From the human T2T-CHM13v2.0 reference genome, Homo sapiens: DNA of 64,000 bases. Shown here piece after piece: positions 1-12,182 of this stretch. The notes beneath the pieces were generated by a model. The model did not search any database and had not been told where the DNA came from. It saw only the letters and a list, made by a program, of their open reading frames with translations. The stretch is from assembly GCF_009914755.1 (NCBI RefSeq), contig NC_060932.1; one strand, 5' to 3'. Numbering within the stretch: position 1 is the stretch's first letter; every line of letters starts with the position of its first letter. The translations under genes and the position numbers were made by a program.

Positions 1-194
1 ATTAGTTCAACTATTAATTACTACTAATTGCCACTGGTACTTTATGCTATTACTGTTTTGTTTAAATGCTGAAATAATAGCATTTATGTAACAGAATATT
101 AAATAACAGAATAATACATAATTTCAAATACCTGTTTTTTACATTTGTATGTTAAAGTCATAACTAACAGTGGACAGTTATATAATATATACTA

Positions 195-363
195 TAATAG
201 TAAATATTTTTACTTTCCCAGGCTATGCCATCCTCATTCCATCTACTCAACTCTGCCATTTTAACACAAAAGGAGACAGACAATACATAATAAATGGGTC
301 AATAAACTACAAAAACAGGCAGTGGGTAGATTTGGTCCACAGGCCATAATCTGCCAACTCCTG
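195..363 (-). mobile_element. MER58A-like hAT-Charlie non-autonomous DNA transposon remnant
   Basis: TACTCAACTCTGCCATT...AAAAACAGGCAGTGGGTAGATTTGGTCCACAGGCCATAATCTGCCAACTCCTG matches the reverse complement of the recalled MER58A consensus. Left boundary approximate. Confidence 0.7.
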
Positions 364-409
364 GAATAACCCACTGCAATTCCTTAAATATCAATAAGCT
401 TTTTATTCT

Positions 410-480
410 TAGAATCTACAATAATGTTTGGCACTTATTAGGTGTTCAATGAGTATTTGTTGCATGAGTGAATTAAATAA
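410..480 (+). mobile_element. L2 3' end fragment
   Basis: TTTGGCACTTATTAGGTGTTCAATGAGTATTTGTTGCATGAGTGAAT resembles the L2 3' terminus. Confidence 0.5.
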
Positions 481-3400
481 CAACAAGTAAAAATGAGTCC
501 TTAAATCTTGACTCTTATATTACTCTCTCTCCGTTTCCAATGTGAACACCCCTTCCTGGGTAAGCAGTAGTTTCTTGCCTCTCTTTCTAAGTGTGAAATT
601 GGCCTGGCAAGATATAATAGACAGAACTTCACGCCAAGCCCAAAGAACTCTTGTTGTTTTTGCCAAGTATTTTCTGCCAAAATCTGGAAACAATCTTTTC
701 ATTAAAGAGCCTTAGTAGCTATTGGAATTGTAGCATTTATCTGGTTAGTAAACAATTTTGTTCCTGACTCACTTCCTCTCTGCCTAATAGTTTTCTGGCT
801 GTGAAAGCTATTGTTAAATTACAAAGCACTATTGAAAGCAGGGGTAGAGTTTAGAGGTTGAAGAGGTGTATAGCCTCTTCTTTAAATTCTGTATTTTTGT
901 TCTTCATCTGTTACTGACTTTTCATTCTGGAGTTGACCTTCATCTTTGTCAATTGTTTCACCATCATCTGTTTTTCCCATCAGCTCTTCTGAATTTTTCT
1001 AGTGTCTCAAATGCTTCTTTTTCATTTTTGGCTCCACTTGTACTCAGCCTCTCACTACCAGTGCTGCCCTCAATTATTTCATTTCTGCTATGCTAAGATT
1101 GCCATAAACCAGAAGTACCCAGGCTTCAGATTCTCCTTTCCTTCTCCTCTCTCTTTTAAAATCCTCTAGCCCACTTCTGCTGATCTTTGTCCCTACCAAC
1201 CTCCAGAGTTCACAATTTCTACATTAAATAATTTCCCTAAGTGCAGACCTCAAAAGGCAAAAATAGAAAATTATAAAAGATCAACAGAAAAATAGACAAA
1301 TATTACAGAAAAAGATAGAAAAATATGATAAAAGATCAACTGTATCAACACATTTAATGGCAAATGGAATATTTCTGTGTGTGGTTTTAAAACATACTTG
1401 ATTTATTAGGGCATATTAATATGCCAAAGGATTCTTATTTTAAAAATCCATGTTGATACCAAGAGGAAAAAAAAAATGGCCATCTAAAATGCAAACTATG
1501 CTAAAAATAACATTTAGATGAACTGCAATGGAAACTGATGGGATAACCAAATGCATCAGCCTCACTGGAGGACTGGGGCATGCAACTGAAACAAGCTTTC
1601 ATTATCTGGCAGTATTTTTTTCAACCATGGGAAATTCAGTAATTTATGTTGATCAAAGATAGTAGTGATCAAGAGTCCTGTAGACTGCCAGGAAAACCAG
1701 TTAATTACAAGCTCCCTAAACCATTCCCATGCTAAAATGTTCTGAACTCACCCATAGGATTCTGAAAGCCTCCAATTAGAACTGTGATGGAGGTGGGGAA
1801 CAGAAACCAAACAGTTCTTTTTGTAGGATGATACGAGAAAAATCAATGATCCCTGAACTTTCTTTCAAAATATCATTATGGCTGAAGCCACTCAGCCCCA
1901 CCCAGACAGATGCCTGAAAACACGATAACTCGTTGGCCCATCCCTGAATGCTTGAGGAAGTTCTGAGTGCTTCTAGTGAACCACCTCCATAAGGCTTGGA
2001 GAACGGGGGCAAGTGCCCAGTCTTAAAATAAGTTTAGGGTGAGCAGGGAATAAGAAATAAGTATAAGGAATAAATGGCCTTAAGATTATTAAAGATTCAT
2101 TAAAGAAATTATATGGTAAAATAGTAAAAAAAACTACTGTCATAGTATGTATATTAAAACAGTCAATCCTTTAGGAGGGTTAGGAAGGAGACAGTTTAGC
2201 ACTGGAGGGGAAGATGGTAAAAGCAAAGACTTCAGGGTGAAGATAGTACTTGATATGGATTTGGAGAGCTGGGAATTAGGTTGTGAGAAAGAACAAGGTA
2301 GGGAGGGCACACAGAGGGTCAGTAGGGGACCAGAAAGTTTAGAGCTAAAGCTCCATATTATGGAGATGTGGGGAATGGAGAGGAAAGCGAAGTGACATGT
2401 AATTGTGTACAGCAAACTAGCACCTGAAACTGCAAGTCATGGTGCTTTTAAAAAAAAGGAGGCTGAAGAGGGGCCAAGATGGTTGACTAGAAACAGCTGC
2501 ACTCAGAGGCTCCCACCAAGAAGAAGGAAAATGAGGAGTGAATTCTGCACTGGTAACTGAGGTATCCAGGTTCTCTCACTGGGACTGACTATGAGTTGAT
2601 GCAACCCATGGAGAGTGAGGAAAAGCAAGATGGTGCATCGGCCCACCTGGGAGTCACACAAGGCAAGGGGAGCTCCCACCCCCAGCCAAGGGAAGTGGTG
2701 AGTGATTGTGCTACCCCACCCAGGAAACCACACTTTTTCAAGGGATCTGTGTAACCCTTGGATCAGAAGATCCCCCTTGTGAGGCCATGCCACCAGGGCC
2801 TTGGGTCCCAAGCACAGAGCTGTGCAGATTCTCATGGCCACATGGCTGGAGACTGTCTAAGACTACCGAATTCCCAGGGGGAAGGGCAACCGTCATCACT
2901 GCAGCTGCCTGCTCCCTAAGACAGCTGAGCTCCTGGGGTGGGAGAGAGGTGGCAATCATCACTGCTGCTCCCTAAGATGACTGAGCTTCTGAAGGAGGGG
3001 CAGCAGACATCACTGCAGCTTCAGTCTGCCATATTTCCCCTGCCAGTGTTGGAGAGACTGAGACTGGATGGTTCAGACTCAGGAGTAATTCCCCACAGTA
3101 CAGCACAGCAGCTATGGCAGATCATGGCCAGACTGCCTCTTTAGGCTGGATCCTGACCCATCCCTCCTCACTGGGTGGGGCCTCCCTGCAGAAATTTCAG
3201 GAACTCTAGCCAGGGATTTAGAGACAGAACTCTGATCTTCCTGGGACTGAGCCCCTCGGGGGAGGAGCAGCCATGGTCTCCATGGATCAGCAGACTTAAC
3301 ATTTCCCCTGTGGCTCTGAGGAATCCGGGCAGTCCAGACAAGTGGGATTTCCCCCAGTACAGCACACCCCCCAGTGCAGCACACCTTCTCTGCCAAGGGG

Positions 3401-3796
3401 CAGCCAGAGTGCTTTGTTAAATGGGTCCCAGATCCCATGCCTTCTGACTACATGAGACCCCCCAACAGGGGTCATAAGACACCTTATACAGGAATGTTCC
3501 TGCAGACAGCAGGTCAGTGTCCCTCTGGGACAGAGATACCAGAGGAATGAGCAGACAGCTATCTTTGCTATTCTGCACCCTCCACTGGTGACACCTCCAG
3601 GTGTGGGAAAGGCCCAGGCAAATAGAGTCTGGAGTGGATCCCCAGCAAACCACAGCAGCAGTACAGAAGAGGGACCTGACTGTTAAAAGCAAACAAATAG
3701 AATATAACAACAACAGCATCAACAAAACCATTCCCACAAAAACCCCACCTGAAGGTCAGCAGCCTCAAAGATTGAAGCTAGATAAATTCACAAAGG

Positions 3797-4812
3797 TGAG
3801 AAAGAATCAATGAAAAAGTGCTGAAAACTCAAAAAGCCAGAGTGCCTATCCTTCTTCAAATGATCGCAACACCTCTCCAGAAAGGGCACAGAACTAAGTG
3901 GAGGCTGAGATGTATGAATTGACAGAAGTAGGATTCCGAAGGTGGGTAATAACAAACTTCAGTAAGCTAAAGGAATATGTTCTAACTCATCACAAAGAAG
4001 TTAAGAACCATGATAAAACATTACACGAGCTGTTAACCAGAATAACCAGTTCAGAGACGAACATAAATGATCTGATGGAGCTGAAAAACACAACACGAGA
4101 ACTTCACAATGCAAACACAAGTATCAATAGTTGAATTGACCAAGCAGAGGAAAGGATTTCTGTGCTTGAAGACTATCTTGTTCAAATAAGACAGGCAGAC
4201 AACATTAGAGAAAAAAGAATGAAAAGGAATGAACAAAACCTCCGAGAACTATGGCACTATGTAAAAAGACCAAACCTACAACTGATTTGGGCACCTGAAA
4301 GAGACAGGGAGAATGGAACCAAGCTGGAAAACATACTTCAGGATATCATCCAGGAGAACTTTCCCAACCTAACAAGAGAGGCCAAGATTAAAATTCAGGA
4401 AATCCAGAGAACCCCAGTAACATACTTCATGAGAAGAACAACCCCAAGACATATCATCATCAGATTCTCCAATGTTGAAATGAGAAAAAAATGTTAAGGG
4501 TGGCCAGAGAGAAAGGCCATGCCACCTACAAAGGGAATCCCATAAGACTAACAACAGACTGCTCAGCAGAAACCCTACAAGCTAGAAGATATTGGGGGCC
4601 AATATTCAACATTCTTAAAGAAAAGGATTTCCAAACCAGAATTTTATAGCTGGCCAAACTAAGCCTCAAAAGTGAAGGATAAAAAAACCCTTCTCAGACA
4701 AGCAAATGCTGAGGGAATTTATCACCACCAGGGCTGCCTTGCAAAAGCTCCTGAAGGAAACACTAAATATGGAAAGGAAAATCCATTACCAGACAATGCA
4801 GAAACACACTGA
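3797..4812 (+). pseudogene. L1 ORF1p remnant, disrupted
   Basis: Fragments ELTEVGFRRWVITNFSKLKEYV and ENGTKLENILQDIIQENFPNL...TPRHIIIRFS, with in-frame stops. Boundaries approximate. Confidence 0.85.
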
Positions 4813-7376
4813 AGTACAAAGACCAATGATACTATGAAGCAACTACATCAACAAGTCTGCAAAATAACTAGCTAGCATCATGATGACGGGATCAAATTCA
4901 CACATAACAATATTAACCTTAAATGTAAATGGGCTAAATGCCCCAATTAAAAGACAAAGAATGACAAGCTGGATAAAGAGTCAAGATCCATCAGCATGTT
5001 GTATTCAAGAGACCAATCTTACATGTAAAGACACACCTAAACTCAAAATAAAAGGATGCAGAAAAATTTACCAAATGGAAAACAAAAAAATCAGGGGTTG
5101 CAATCCTAGTCTCTGACAAAACGGACTTTAAAACAATAAAGATCAAAAAAGACAAAGAAGGGCATTACATAATGGTAAAGGGGTTAATTCAACAAGAAGA
5201 GCTAACTATCCTAAATATATATGCTCCCAATACAAGAGCACCCAGATTCATAAAACAAGTTCTTAGAGGCCGGCAAAGAGACTTAAACTCCTACACAATA
5301 ATTGTGGGAGACTTTAACACCCCACTGTCAATATTAAACAGATCAGCAAGACAGAAAATTAACAAAGATATTCCGTACTTGAACTCAGATCTGGGTCAAG
5401 TGAACCTGATAGATATCTACAGAACTCTCCACCCCAAAACAACAGAATATACATTTTTCTCAGCACTACATCACACTTACTCTAAAACTGATCACATATT
5501 TGGAAATAAATCACTCCTCAGCAAATGCAAAAGAACTGAAATCACAACAGTCACTCAGACCACAGTGCAATTGAATTAGAACTCAAGATTAAGAAACTCA
5601 CTCAAAACCACACAACTACATGAAAAAAAATTGAACAACCTGCTCCTGAATGACTTCTAGGTAATTAATGAAATTAAGGGAGAAATCAAGAAGTTCTTTG
5701 AAACCAATGAGAAAAAAAGGAGACAACCAACAGAATCTCTGGGATGCAGCTAAACCTGTGTTAAGAGGATAATTTATAGCACTAAATGCCCACATTAGAA
5801 AGCTAGAAAGATCTCAAATTGACACCCTAACATCACAACTAAAAGAATGAGAGAACCAAGAGCAAACAAAGCCCAAAGCTAGCAGAAGACAAGAAATAAC
5901 CAAGATCAGAGTGGAATGGAAGAAAGACAGAAAAAAACCTTTAAAAAAAGTCAATGAATCCAAGAGCTGGTTTTTTTTTTTTTAAAATAGAACAGACAAC
6001 TAGCTAGACTAATAAAGAAGAAAAGAAAAAAGAATCAAATAGACACAATAAAAAATGATAAAAGGGATATCACCACTTACCCCCACAGAAATACAAACAA
6101 CCATCAGAGAATACTATAAACACCTCTGTGCAAACAAACTAGAAAATCTAGAAGAAATGGATAAATTCCTGGACACATACACCCTCCCAAGACTAAATCA
6201 GGAAGAAATTGAATCCCTGAATAGACCAATAACAAGTTCTGAAATTGAAGCACTAATTAATACCCTACCAACCAAAAAAAGCCCAGGACCAGATGGATTC
6301 ACAGCCAAATTCTGCCAGAGGTAAAAAGAGGAGCTGGTACCATTTCTTCTGAAACTATTCCAAACAATTGAAAAAGAGAAACTTCTCCCTAACTCATTTT
6401 ATGAGGCCAGCATCATCCTGATACCAAAACCTGGCAGAGATACAACAACAAAAAAGAAAACTTCAGGCCAATATCCCTGATGAACATCGATGCAAAAATC
6501 CTCAATAAAATACTGGCAAATGGAATCCTGCAGCACATCAAAAAGCTTATCCACTACAATCACGCTGGCTTCATCCCCGGGATGCAAGACTGGTTCAACA
6601 TATACAAATGAATAAATGTATCTTATATAAACAGAACTAAAGACAAAAACTGCATGATTATCTCAATAGACACAGAAAAGGCCTATAATAAAATTCAACA
6701 TCCCTTCATGTTAAAAACTCTCAACAAACTAGGTATTGATGGAACATATCTTAAAATAATAAGAGCCATTTATGACAAATGCATAGCCAATATTCTACTG
6801 AATGGGCAAAAAACCTGGAAGCATTCCCCTTAAGAACTGGCATAAGACAAGGATGGCCTCTCTCACTACTCCCATTCAACATAGTTTTCGAAGTTCTGGG
6901 CAGGGCAATCAGGCAAGATAAAGAAATAAAGGGTATTCAAAAAGGAAGACATGAGGTCAAACTGTCTGTTTGCAGATGCCATGATCCTGTATCTAGAAAA
7001 CCTCATTGTGTCAGCTCAAAAGCTTCTTAAGCTGATAAGCAACTTTAGCGAAGTCTCAGGATAAAAAATCAATGTGCAAAAATCACAAGCATTCCTATAC
7101 ACCAACAATAGACAAGCAGAGAGCCAATTCATGAATGAACTTTCATTCACAATTGCTACAAAGAGAATAAAATGCCTAGGAATACAGCTAACAAGAGAAG
7201 TAAAAGATCTCTACAAGAAGAACTATAAACCACTGCTCAAAGAAATCAGAGGTGACACAACAAATGCAAAAATATTCCATGCTCATTGATAGAAAGTATA
7301 AATATCATTAAAATGGCCATACTGCCAAAATAATTTATAGATTCAATGCTATTCCCATTAAACTACCATTGACATT

Positions 7377-9403
7377 TGTATTAGTTTATTTTCACACAGC
7401 TGATAAAGACACAGGAATTGTTGGAGTTACAATTCAAGATGAGATTTGGGTGAGGACACAGCCAAAGCATATCATTTAGCTCCTGGCCCCTCCCAAATCT
7501 CATATCCTCACATTTCCAAATCAATCATGCCTTCTCAACAGTCCCCAAAGGTCTTAACTCATTTCAGCATTAACTCAAAAGTTCACAGTCCAAAGTCTTA
7601 TCTGAGACAAGGCAAGTCCCTTCCACCTATGAGCCTGTAAAATCAAAAGCAAGTTGGTTACTTCCTAGATACAATGGGGACACAGGCATTGGGTAAATGC
7701 AGCCATTCCAAGTGGGAGAAATTGGCCAAAACAAGGGGCTACAAGCCCAATGCAAGTCTGAAACCCAGTAGGGTAGTCAAATCTTAAAGTCCCAAAATGA
7801 TCTCCTTTGACTCCATGTCTTACATCTGAATCATGCTGATCCAAGAGGTGGGTTCCTATGGTGTTTGGCAGCTCTGCCACTGTGCCTTTTCAGGGTATAG
7901 TCTCCTCCCTGGCTGCTTTCATGGGTTGGTGCTATCTGCGGCTTTTCCAGGTGCACAGTGCAAGCTGTCAGTAGATCTACCATTCTGGGATCTGGAGGAC
8001 AGTGGCCTTCTTCTCACAGCTCCACTAGGTGGTGTTCCAGTAGGGACTGGTGTGGGGGCTCCAACTCCACATTTCCCTTCCACACTGCCCTAGCAGAGGT
8101 ACTCCATGAGGGTCCTGCCCCTGCAGCAAACTTCTTCCTGGACTTCCAGGCATTCCCATACATCCTCTTAAATCTAGGCAGAGGTTCCTAAACCCCAGTT
8201 CTTGACTTCAGTGTACTTGCAGGCTCAACTCTATGTGGAAACTGCCAAGGCTTGGGGCTTGCACCCTCTGAAGCCATGGGCTGAGCTCTATGTTGGTCTC
8301 TTTCAGTCACAGGTGGAGTGGCTGGGATGCAGGGCACCAAGTCTCTAGGCTGCAAACAGCATGGGGACCCTGGGCCTGGCCCCCAAATTATTTTTTCCTC
8401 CTATGCCTCCTGGCCTGTGATGGGAGGGACTGCTGTGAAGACCTCTGACATGTCCTGGAGACATTTTCCCCATTGTCTTAGGGATTGACATTTGAATCCT
8501 CATTACTTATGCAAATTTCTGCAGCTGGTTTGAATTTCTCCTCACAAAATGGGATTGTCTTTTCTATCGCATTGTCAGGCTGCAAATTTTCTGAACTTTT
8601 ATGCTCTGCTTCCATTATAAAACTAAATGCCTTTAACAGCACCCAAGTCACCTCATGAATGCTTAACTGCTTAGAAATTTCTTCTACCAGATACCCCAAA
8701 TCATCTCTCTCAAGTTCAAGGTTCCATAAATCTCTAGGGCAGGGAAAAATGCTGCTAGTCTCTTTGCTAAAACATAACAAGAGCCATCTTTGCTCCAGTT
8801 CCCAACAAGTTCTTCATTTCCATCTGAGACCACTTCAGCCTGTATTTTTATTCTTCATATCGTTATCAGCATTTTGGTGAAAGCCATTCAACAAGTCCCT
8901 AGGGAGTTCCAAACATTCCCATATTTTCCTGTCTTCCTCTGAGGCTTCCAAACTGTTGCGATCTCTTCCTGTTACTCAATTCCAAAGTTGCTTCCACATT
9001 TTTGTGTATCTTTTCAGCTATGTCCCATTCTACTAGTATCAATTTACTGTATTTGTTTGTTTTCATGCTGCTAAAAAAGACATACCCAAGGCTGGGCAAT
9101 TTACAAAAGAAAGAGATTTATTGGACTCACAGTCCATGTGGCTGGGGAGGCCTCACAATCATGATGGAAGGTGAAAGGCATGTCTCATATGGTAGCAGAC
9201 AAAAGGAGAGCTTGTGCAGGGAAACTCCCATTTTTAAAACCATCAGATCTCATGAGACTTATTCACTATCACAAGAACTGTGCAGGAAAGACCTGTCCCC
9301 ATAATGCAATCACCTCACACCAGATTCCTCCCACAACATGTGGGAATTATGAGAGTTACAATTCAAGATGAGATTTGGGTTGGGACAGAGCCAAACCATA
9401 TCA
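7377..9403 (-). mobile_element. THE1 (THE1B-like) MaLR provirus: 5' LTR 9048-9403, internal 7475-9047, internally deleted 3' LTR 7377-7474
   Basis: Minus strand starts TGATATGGTTTGGCTCTGTCCCAACCCAAATCTCATCTTGAATTG and ends ACTAATACA. 5-bp TSD ACATT at 7372-7376 and 9404-9408. The L1 ORF2 sequence resumes seamlessly across it. Confidence 0.95.
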
Positions 9404-10278
9404 ACATTCTTCACAAAATTGGAAAAAAACTACTTTAAAATTCATATAGAAGAAAAAAGGACTCTGTATAGCCAAGACAATCCTAAGCAAAAAGAACAAA
9501 GCTGGAGGCATCATGCTACCTGACTTCAAGCCATACTACAAGGCTACCATAACCAAAACAGCGTGGTACTGATACAAAAATAGACACATAGACCAATGGA
9601 ACAGAATAGAGACCCCAGAAATAAGACCGCACATCTACAACCATCTGGTCTTCGACAAACCTGACAAAAACAAGCACGGGAAAGGATTCCCTATTTAATA
9701 AATAGTGCTTGGAAAACTGGCTAGCCATATGCAGAAAACTGAAACTGGACCACTTCCTTACACCTTATACAAAAATTAACTCAAGATGGATTAAAGACTT
9801 AAATGTAAAACACAAAACTATACAAACCCTGAAAGAAAATTTAGGCAATACCATTCAGCACATAGGCATGGGCAAAGATTTCATGATGAAAACATCAAAA
9901 GCAATTGCAACAAAAGCAAAAATTGACAAATGGGATCTAACTAAACTAAGGAGCTTCTGCACAGCAAAAGAAACTATCATCAAAGTAATCAGACAATCTA
10001 TAGAATGGGTAAAAATTTTTGCAATCAATCCATCTGACAAAGGTCTAATATCCAGAATCTACAAGAAACTTAAACAAATTTACAAGAAAAAACAAACAAC
10101 CCCATTAAAAAGTGGGCAAAGGATATGAAAAAACATTTTTAAAAGAAGACATTTATGTGGCCAAGAAACATATGAAAAACAGCTCAACACCACTAATCAT
10201 TAGAGAAATGCAAATCAAAACCACAATGAGATACCATCTCACATCAGTCAGAATGGCGACTATAAAAAGTCAAGACAC

Positions 10279-12182
10279 CCTCAACCTCTCCCTCTCCCTC
10301 TCCCTTCTTTGGTCTCCCTCTGTTGCCAAGGCTGGACTGTACTGCCGTGATCTCAGCTCGCTGCAACGTCCCTGCCTCGGGCTCCCGTGATTCTCCTGTC
10401 GAGTGCCTGGGATTGCAGGCAGGCGCCGCCATGCCTGACTGGTTTTTGTATTTTTGGTGGAGATGGGTTTTCGCCGTGTTGACTGGGCTGGTCTCCAGCT
10501 TCTGACCTCCAGTGATCTGCCCGCCTCGGCATCCCGAGGTGCTGGGATTGCAGACGGAGTCTCACTTACTCAATGCTCAATGTTGCCCAGGCTGGAGTGC
10601 AGTGGCGTGATCTCAGCTCGCTACAACCTCCACCTCCCAGCCGCCTGCCTTGGCCTCCCAAAGTGCTAAGATTACAGCCTCTGCCCGGCCGCCACCCCAT
10701 CTAGGAAGTGAGCAGCATCTCTGCCTAGCCGCCCATCATCTGGGATGTGAGGAGCCCCTCTGCCCGGCCGCCCTGTCTGGGAAGTGAGGAGCACTTATGC
10801 CCGGCCACCACCCCTTCTAGGAAGTGAGGAGCATCTCTGCCCAGCCACCCATCATCTGGGATGTGAGGAGCACCTCTGCCTGGCTGCCCCCTCTGGGATG
10901 TGAGGAGTGCTTATGCCTGGCCACCCTGACTGGGAAGTGAGGAGCGCCTCTGCCTGGCCACCCCGTCTGGGAGGTGAGGAGCACCTCTGCCCGGCCGCCA
11001 CCCCGTCTGGGAGGTGAGGAGCGTCTCTGCCTGGCCGCCACCCCATCTAGGAAGTGAGGAGCGCCTCTGCCCGGCCACCACCCCATCTGGGAAGTGAGGA
11101 GTGCCTCTGCCCAGCCACCACCCCATCTGGGATGTGAGGAGCGTCTCTGCCTGGCTGCCCCATCTAGGAAGTGAGGAGCGCCTCTGCCCAGCCGCCCCGT
11201 CTGGGAAGCGAGGAGCGCCTCTGCCCGGCCGCCCCGTCTGGGAGGCGAGGAGCGCCTCTGCCCGGCCGCCCCGTCTGGGAGGTGAGGAGCGCCTCTGCCC
11301 GGCCGCCACCCCGTCTGGGAGGTGAGGAGCACCTCTGCCCAGCCGCCCTTCGTCTGGGAAGTGAGGAGCGCCTCTGCCCGGCTGCCCCGTCTAGGAAGCA
11401 AGGAGCACCTCTGCCCGGCCGCCCCGTCTAGGAAGCGAGGAGCGCCTCTGCCCGGCTGCCCCGTCTGGGAGGTGAGGAGCGTCTCTGCCCAGCCACCCTG
11501 TCTGGGAGGTGAGGAGCGCCTCTGCCCGGCCGCCCCATCTGGGAAGTGAGGAGTGCCTCTGCCCAGCTGCCACCCTGTCTGGGAAGTGAGGAGCGCCTCT
11601 GCCTGGCTACTGTGCAATCTTCCAAGTGTGAAGTGACAGCCTTTCTGCAGGTGTACCCAACAGCTCCGAAGAGACAGTGACTATCGAGAACAGGCCATGA
11701 TGACGATGGCCATTTTGTCAAAAAGAAAAGGGGGAAATGTGGGGAAAAGAAAGAGAGATCAGATTGTTACTGTGTCTGTGTAGAAAGAAGTAGACATAGG
11801 AGACTCCATTTTGTTCTGTACTAAGAAAAATTCTTCTGCCTTGGGATGCTGTTAATCTATAACCTTATCCCCAACCCCGTGCTCTCTGAAACATGTGCTA
11901 TGTCAACTCAGGGTTAAATGCATTAAGGGCGGTGCAAGATGTGCTTTGTTAAACAGATGCTTGAAGGCAGCATGCTCATTAAGAGTCATCACCACTCCCT
12001 AATCTCAAGTACCCAGGGACACAAACACTGCGGAAGGCCGCAGGGTCCTCTGCCTAGGAAAACCAGAGACCTTTGTTCATGTGTTTATCTGGTGACCTTC
12101 TCTCCACTATTATCCTATGACCCTGCCACATCCCCCTCTCCAAGAAACACCCAAGAATGATCAATAAATACTTAAAAAAAAA
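10279..12182 (+). mobile_element. SVA retrotransposon, old (SVA_A-like) type
   Basis: Short CCCTCT hexamer head, antisense Alu-like region (about 10310-10680), GC-rich VNTR (about 10680-11608), HERV-K-derived SINE-R (11644-12170), AATAAA and poly(A). 15-bp TSD AAAAAGTCAAGACAC at 10264-10278 and 12183-12197. Confidence 0.95.
10680..11608 (+). repeat. SVA VNTR, about 37-42 bp units (GCCTCTGCCCGGCCGCC(A)CCCCGTCTGGGAAGTGAGGAGC)
   Basis: More than 20 tandem degenerate copies visible, many with CpG to TpG/CpA decay. Confidence 0.95.

Noticed and set aside
1776-2012. 78-aa minus ORF and a plus-strand acceptor-like TTCTTTTTGTAG near 1827
   Set aside because: No recognisable protein, stops follow on the plus strand, and there is no convincing donor.
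10680-11608. Regularly spaced ~40-bp repeats superficially like a CRISPR array
   Set aside because: The units are contiguous with no unique spacers, there are no cas genes, and the context is a primate SVA.
10817-11721. 266-aa and overlapping repetitive ORFs on both strands
   Set aside because: These are translations of the GC-rich SVA VNTR, not genes.
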